From Scyliorhinus canicula (Eukaryota), in the NCBI RefSeq assembly GCF_902713615.1, contig NC_052148.1:83110966-83174965 (forward strand): a DNA stretch of 64,000 nt, given 5' to 3'. The notes under the pieces were generated by a model. It ran no database searches. It saw only the letters and a program-made list of their open reading frames with translations, and had not been told where the DNA came from. The position numbers and the translations under genes are program-made. Each line of letters begins with the position of its first letter. The first letter of the stretch is position 1. Positions 12,144-64,000 of this stretch are shown here, piece after piece.

Positions 12144-12609
12144 TTCTAAACCATCTAGGAAAGTAAACAAAGTGAAGGATTTTCAATTTAGGCGTTGAGA
12201 ATTGGGCAGCCATTGGAGATCACCATGGATAGTGGTGGATGAGTGGAGCAGGATATGGATAGAAGAGTTTTGAACAAGCTGGAGTTGTGTAGTGAGGAAT
12301 TCCAGAGGTATATGGAGAACATTCAAAAAGTTATGTTTCAAGGTTAATAAAACCATCCAAAGTCTCAACTTTGGTGCACACTAAATTATCATCAGAGAAA
12401 TGGGAGCACGAATAGAATCTAGATTGAGATTTGTTTTGCTTACTTGTGATAAATCTGCTGAACGGTTTTTAGGTTCCATTAATGTTTTTGAAAGGATAAA
12501 TCCCAATACAAGCTGTAGCAACTGTTCTAATGGAACTGACCAGACTTCTGTATACCTCTTAGGTGCCAGGTATAGAGAGATCCTTGTAGCTAGAATTTAT
12601 CCAGTTTTA

Positions 12610-12953
12610 ACATAGAACATAGAACAGTACAGCACAGAACAGGCCCTTCGGCCCTCAATGTTGTGCCGAGCCATGATCACCCTACTCAACCCACGTATCC
12701 ACCCTATACCCGTAACCCAACAACCCCCCCTTAACCTTACTTTTTAGGACACTACGGGCAATTTAGCATGGCCAATCCACCTAACCCGCACATCTTTGGA
12801 CTGTGGGAGGAAACCGGAGCACCCGGAGGAAACCCACGCACACAGGGGGAGGACGTGCAGACTCCACACAGACAGTGACCCAGCCGGGAATCGAACCTGG
12901 GACCCTGGAGCTGTGAAGCATTTATGCTAACCACCATGCTACCCTGCTGCCCC
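12610..12953 (-). mobile_element. Young V-SINE
   Basis: family consensus. Confidence 0.9.
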
Positions 12954-12956
12954 TTT

Positions 12957-13868
12957 TAAGAACATAAGAACTAGGAGCAGGAGTAGGCCATCTGGCCCCT
13001 CGAGCCTGCTCCGCCATTCAATTAGATCATGGCTGATCTTTTGTGGACTCAGCTCCACTTTCCGGCCCGAACACCATAACCCTTAATCCCTTTATTCTTC
13101 AAAAAACTATCTATCTTTACCTTAAAAACATGTAATGAAGGAGCCTCAACTGCTTCATTGGGCAAGGAATTCCATAGATTCACAACCCTTTGGGTGAAGA
13201 AGTTCCTCCTAAACTCAGTCCTAAATCTACTTCCCCTTATTTTGAGGCTATGCCCCCTAGTTCTGCTGTCACCCGCCAGTGGAAACAACCTGCCCGCATC
13301 TATCCTATCTATTCCCTTCATAATTTTAAATGTTTCGATAAGATCCCCCCTCATCTTTCTAAATTCCAACGAGTACAGTCCCAGTCTACTCAACCTCTCC
13401 TCATAATCCAACCCCTTCAGCTCTGGGATTAACCTAGTGAATCTCCTCTGCACACCCTCCAGCGCCAGTACGTCCTTTCTCAAGTAAGGAGACCAAAACT
13501 GAACACAATACTCCAGGTGTGGCCGCACTAACACCGTATACAATTGCAACATAACCTCCCTAGTCTTAAACTCCATCCCTCTAGCAATGAAGGACAAAAT
13601 TCCATTTGCCTTCTTAATCACCTGTTGCACTTGTAAACCAACCTTCTGTGACTCATGCACTAGCACACCCAAGTCTCTCTGAACAGCGGCATGCTTTAAT
13701 ATTTTATCGTTTAAATAATAATCCCGTTTGCTGTTATTCCTACCAAAATGGATAACCTCACATTTGTCAACATTGTATTCCATCTGCCAGACCCGAGCCC
13801 ATTCACTTAACCTATCCAAATCCCTCTGCAGACTTCCAGTATCCTCTGCACTTTTCGCTTTACCACTC
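12957..13868 (-). mobile_element. Young 5'-truncated CR1 LINE (ORF2 C-terminus + 3'UTR)
   Basis: Uninterrupted ORF LQRDLDRLSEWARVWQMEYNVDKCEVIHFG...RPHLEYCVQFWSP...RTRGH...FFTQRVVNLWNSLP; TTCTTATG-type tail. Confidence 0.95.
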
Positions 13869-14090
13869 ATACTTTGTGAAATATTGCTAACCAATAACTG
13901 TATTAAAAAAATTATTTTGTTCACAAATATTCAAAATCAGTTCTGCTTAGAATGCTAAATATGCAATTAAGTATTAAAAGTATTTTTACCACTGCTTGAA
14001 ATCATTTCATTTCTCAGATTAAAAGCTATATATGATTACTGTCCCTTTAGAGGCAATAGTCAGAGTAATGCAATACATTGAAAATAATCT

Positions 14091-14226
14091 TTTATTCTGT
14101 ACCAAGTCAAAAGCTGTAAACAGAAATGTTTTTCATTAATCATTTTGCTGGTTTAATCTAAACTGCAGCATAAAATTCAGGCAACACACAATTCATTATT
14201 GGAGGTGCAACAATTCAGATTTTATT
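14091..14226 (-). terminator. Candidate VCP poly(A) signals (AATAAA at 14226-14221 and 14096-14091)
   Basis: TTTATT on + strand 400 and 530 nt past the stop, in repeat-free AT-rich 3'UTR. Confidence 0.6.
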
Positions 14227-14621
14227 ATCAGTTCATATTAAGTTCCTTAACATTTCAAGACTTATCTCTTTCAACCGTATACATTTATCATGTCACCTAC
14301 TGAAATAAAAAAAATGAAGTTCCATAAGCATTTTGTATTTTTCAGGCTACAGTTATACTCACTGCAAAAGCTGCTGAATCTGCCTCATCAATTAGAACAG
14401 AAGTTTCCCAGAAGGTAGTCATAGACTCTGCAGTGATTTAACAGTTATAACTTCACATCCAACATCAAGAATAGGTTCTTAGAAGAAACCCCTGTAACCA
14501 GATTATTGAAAGCTGCACATGCTTCTCTGACTGGACTGAAGGGGAGGAAAAGAAAAGCAACAGTCCAAGAAATGGAAATTGTACAACTTGGCCTGGTCAT
14601 ATTTGGTCCACAAATGTATGT

Positions 14622-60027
<45,406 letters not shown>

Positions 60028-61524
60028 TTATGCATGGTCAGAAATACAAAAAGCTCCATCGTTCAATGGAGGATTAGCATTTTAGAAGGACTTTTTGGTT
60101 GGTATGTGAAAATTTCACAGCCATCCATTTTGACTGTGAAAACCACTCAACTGTTTCAATTTCAGCATTACTTTTAGTAGGCCTATAGTACCACAATTGG
60201 TAGTAAACATACCTAACAGTTTAGACGATAAGATTCATTACCACTATTACCAAATTCAAGCATTTTGAACAGATTGAACAGCATTATAATTTTTAAGAAC
60301 AGCAGTCCATCATCATTCTTATTAGGCCACTACGACAGCATATCGTGAACTTTAATTCTACTGTATGTTGAAGTTATTATAGTCGCTGTGTACCGCAAGA
60401 AAAAAAATAATGAAAAATTACTTTCTAGTTTTGCTGCATTGATATAGATAATGGAGACAGCCCATGTAATTTCAAAATAAATGCTACGAATCGAGTAAGT
60501 TTGTTTTCTGGATGCCGGGAGCAGTTACTATATCCATTGTACAAAGGAAACCAATTTCTAACTCTTCGCATTATTCTCTTCTCAGATCTTATTTCACAAG
60601 TTATAACTGTAAGCATTACTAACTCTTTTCTTCCATTAAAATTGTAGATATATCGTAGTTTATTACATTTGGAAGTCATATTTAATTAATAAACTCAAAT
60701 TATACACGGTTGAATCTAAATGTATTAAAGGAGATCAGATTAACAGAGGAAAATCACAATCAACCTCCCACGTATACCACAAAGCTTCATTTATTTTGGT
60801 CCTCAGTTTGGCAGCTTGCATATCGCAGGAAGTGGCTGATGGAATGTGAGACAGCAAATTTACATGTCACGTTTGCCTTCCAGAACCACTTGATGCTACA
60901 GCCAAGATGCAGCAAGTCCACAGCAATTCGGATTACAATTTTCCAAATTAAGCTATAACTGCACATTCATGCTCTTTCCAAATAGTGGTTTATGGGAAGT
61001 TATTATTATATATTTGCTTTTTGCTGGTCAATGAACATGCAAAACACATGGTTTGGCTTTGAAATAGAAGAGAAAAATGAGAGGCTGAAAAATATATGCA
61101 AAATGTACATAATCAGCCAGCTCCAAATATTCCTGTGATTCATTGGAGAGATCCATATTCAGTAATTTGGAGATTTTTTAACCACCAATAGGGATGAGGC
61201 ACTTTACATGACAGCAAGATAAAGATGAACAACTTTAACATCTTGCTTCTGGACAAAAACAGTGCAATACTTATTTCTGCATCAGTTTCAGAGAGGCTCT
61301 AATAAATCTATGAAAACCCAGTTATTCAGCACATAAAAGGCATAAAGCATGGCAAAGCAAATAGAGATGGGGGTAGAACAAATAATTCTAGAAAAGGTAC
61401 TAAAGTTAATGCGACATTTGCACAATTCAGTCAACTGAAAAGCTTCCTGAAACATGAAGCTAACACACTACTTACCTAATTTCCACAATGTTCTCTGTGA
61501 ACTCATACTTTTTAAAATTAATTA

Positions 61525-61690
61525 ATTATTTTTTTTAATTAAGGGGGCAATTTAGCCTGGCCAATCCACCTAACCTGCACATCTTTGGGTTGTGGGGTAA
61601 AACCCACCGACACAGGGAGAATGTGCAAACTCCACACACAGACAGTTAGCCGGGACCGAGATCAAACCCTGGTCCTCAATGTCATAACAG
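61525..61690 (-). mobile_element. Partial V-SINE
   Basis: family consensus. Confidence 0.75.
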
Positions 61691-61921
61691 CCCCTTCTGT
61701 GACCTCATACTTGTATTTTAGTACAAACCTTGGAAACTGCAATTTTGCCTCCCAAAAACATACATGATTCTTTAGACAAGGTGGCAAATACCTGTAATTG
61801 CCTCCAACTATAGAATGCAAATCATACTGTCTAGAGGGAATATATCTGTCATCAATGCAAGGTGGTTTGGCAACTAATTTGTTGGTGGACATAATGACAG
61901 CAAGAAATGTGTAATGTACCG

Positions 61922-62213
61922 CAGGTTGAGCATCCATATCAGACACTCCGAAAAATTCCAAAAAGCCACTTTAAAAAAATAAATGTGCTGTGACATCACG
62001 AGTGGGAAATCCTACAAGGCTCCCGGGCGATGTGCCATTCCCAACGCGCGCCACACATGTGCAATCCCCAACGTTCCGCACATGCAGTCCTCACCACACA
62101 AACACAGCTCCCAAAGCACACCGCACATGTGCAGTATATTCCAAAACCTGACAAAATTCCAAAACCTGATACACATTTGGCCCAAGCATTTCGGATAAGG
62201 GGTTTTCAACCTG
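61922..62213. mobile_element. Tigger-like (Tigger4/MER46-type) MITE
   Basis: CAGGTTGAGCATCC ... CCCAAGCATTTCGGATAAGGGGTTTTCAACCTG-TA termini. Confidence 0.75.
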
Positions 62214-62259
62214 TACACTGTGATGCAGTACAAGTTTAACATGAAGCAACACCTGCTCA

Positions 62260-63095
62260 CATATTAACATACGATTCATTAACCCTCAAGCCAGACAAGT
62301 TCCAGACATGAGAGGGAGCGAGAGAGAGCAAGAGACTAAACCATCTAAAGACACAACTCAGTAGTGTGATGGAATAGTATTCATTTTCCTGCACGAGCAC
62401 AGCCCCAACAATCTTCAAGAGGCTCAACACCACCCAGAACAAAGGAAGTCACTTGAAGAACCCTGTCCACCGCCTTAAACACTCACTCCCTTCCACCGTC
62501 GAATCTCAGTGGCAGCAGCGTGTACAATAGACAAGATGCACTGCAACTCTGGGCAGCACGGTGGCGCAGTGAGTTAGCCCTGCTGCCTTTGTGGCGCTGA
62601 GGTCCCAGGTTTGATCCCGGTTCTTGATCACTGTCTGTGTGGAGTTTGCACATTCTCCCCGTGTTTGCGTGGGTTTCGCCCCCACAACCCAAAGATGTGC
62701 AGTGTAGGTGGATTGGCCACGTTAAATTGCCCCTTAATTGGAAAAAAATAATTGGGTGCTCTAAATGTTTTTTTTTAAAAAGATGCCCTGCAACTCATCA
62801 AGGCTCCACAGCACCTTCCAAACCTGCAACCTCTACTATCTAGAAGGACAAGGGCAACAGATGCATGGGACACCATCATTTGCAAGTTGCCCACCAAGCC
62901 ATGCACCATCCCAACTTGGAACTATACCATTGTCCCTTCATTGTCACTGGGTCAAAATCCTGGCACTCCCTTCAGAAAAGCACTGTGGGCATACCTATAA
63001 GCACATAACTGCAGCTCACCACCACCTTCACAACGGAAATGAAGGATCGGCAACCAATGCTGGTTCAATCGGCAATGCCCACATGCCAATTCATG
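62260..63095 (+). mobile_element. Old CR1/L2-type LINE 3' end, with V-SINE at 62551-62780
   Basis: AAGATGC(A/C)CTGCAACTC duplicated around the SINE; homologous to 44450 (reverse). Confidence 0.75.
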
Positions 63096-63689
63096 TGCAG
63101 TTGGCAACTTATTGCCCCATGGTTTTATTTCTTTTTAATGTGTTTTATTTGTTCAACTTTTCCTTTTCGTTCTACTAATCTTCTAAAATTTAATAAAGTA
63201 TTAGTTCTTTTTTGAAGCTATTTTTATAAAGTCTGGTGATGGCAACGTTTCAGTTTCACATCAAACAGCTTTGTTTCAGTTGGAAGTATTTCATCTCACC
63301 TCATTGCTTGTACCATGGCAGGACCACTTATCCAAAATTTAAATCTATGTTTTCATTGATTGCATATATCTCAAGTCGCTCATTATCCAACAACGGGTTA
63401 ACACTCTTAATAAACCCATAAAATTAAAATTAGCAAAAGCAGCAAGGAGAGCTATCAACATCAAAAAAAAGGACTGAACGGTCAGTATGGGAATCATTCC
63501 ACAGTCCATCTTTAATGTAGTCTATTGCTACAGGTAAGTAGGGAATAAGTATAGATTAATAGAAAATAAGTTAAATCTTGTAATTTAATTGTGGTGTTTC
63601 CCCCCCCCCAACAGTAATCAGATATTCTTTATTCAATTATACATGTATAATTCTTTCCATTGTATCCATCATTGGTGATCAAGAATGTG

Positions 63690-63905
63690 CAGTTATATAG
63701 CACCTTTACATAGTAAAATGCCCCACAGTACTTTACAGGAGTGTTATCAAACAGAATTTGACACCAATTCACATATGATGATATTTGGGCAGATGACAAG
63801 GGAAAGAGAGAGATAGAGAAGGAGATGGGATTATGGAGGGCAGTTTACAGCCAAGGCAGCTGAAGACACAGCAGTCAATGGTGCAACAATGAAAATCAAT
63901 GATGC
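63690..63905 (-). mobile_element. Old L2-like LINE 3' end
   Basis: TATATAGCACCTTT...CTTTACAGG tail motif. Confidence 0.45.
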
Positions 63906-64000
63906 TGTAAGTCCACAGAGGCAGAAGTCCCGTCACCAGAATTCCTTTTATTTACAAACCCAACAGCTGAATAGCCATGTCCATTTAGTCTGCTGTCTAC

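Noticed and set aside
13049-13924. 291-aa ORF as a host gene
   Set aside because: C-terminus of a 5'-truncated CR1 ORF2; the N-terminal Met comes from flanking DNA
63906-64000. Possible LTR edge (TGTAAG...TTTATT)
   Set aside because: Truncated by the window; insufficient evidence

Overview
Eukaryotic (vertebrate) genomic DNA. The repeat landscape (V-SINE/HE1-type SINEs, DeuSINE-like SINEs, CR1, L1/Tx1, Penelope, Gypsy) points to a cartilaginous fish, probably a shark; this is inference. The one host gene is VCP/p97 (CDC48 AAA+ ATPase) on the minus strand: exons 2-17 span 59998..14622, each with the length I recall for human VCP (2404 nt total; the 17-nt coding exon 1 lies beyond the window). 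Introns 14 and 16 use GC donors. Everything else is dense, nested transposable-element sequence plus one assembly gap (35896-36027). Most notable: (i) a Ty3/Gypsy family with no tRNA primer-binding site, whose leader instead pairs with its own LTR over the poly(A) signal (candidate self-priming / poly(A)-occlusion structure); (ii) Penelope-borne minimal hammerhead ribozymes, intact outside VCP but core-mutated inside VCP introns; (iii) locally templated inverted insertions that create dsRNA-forming hairpins; (iv) a hAT MITE carrying a SINE tail; (v) 5'-only L1 fragments. Exon, TIR and TSD coordinates were counted by hand; other repeat boundaries are approximate.
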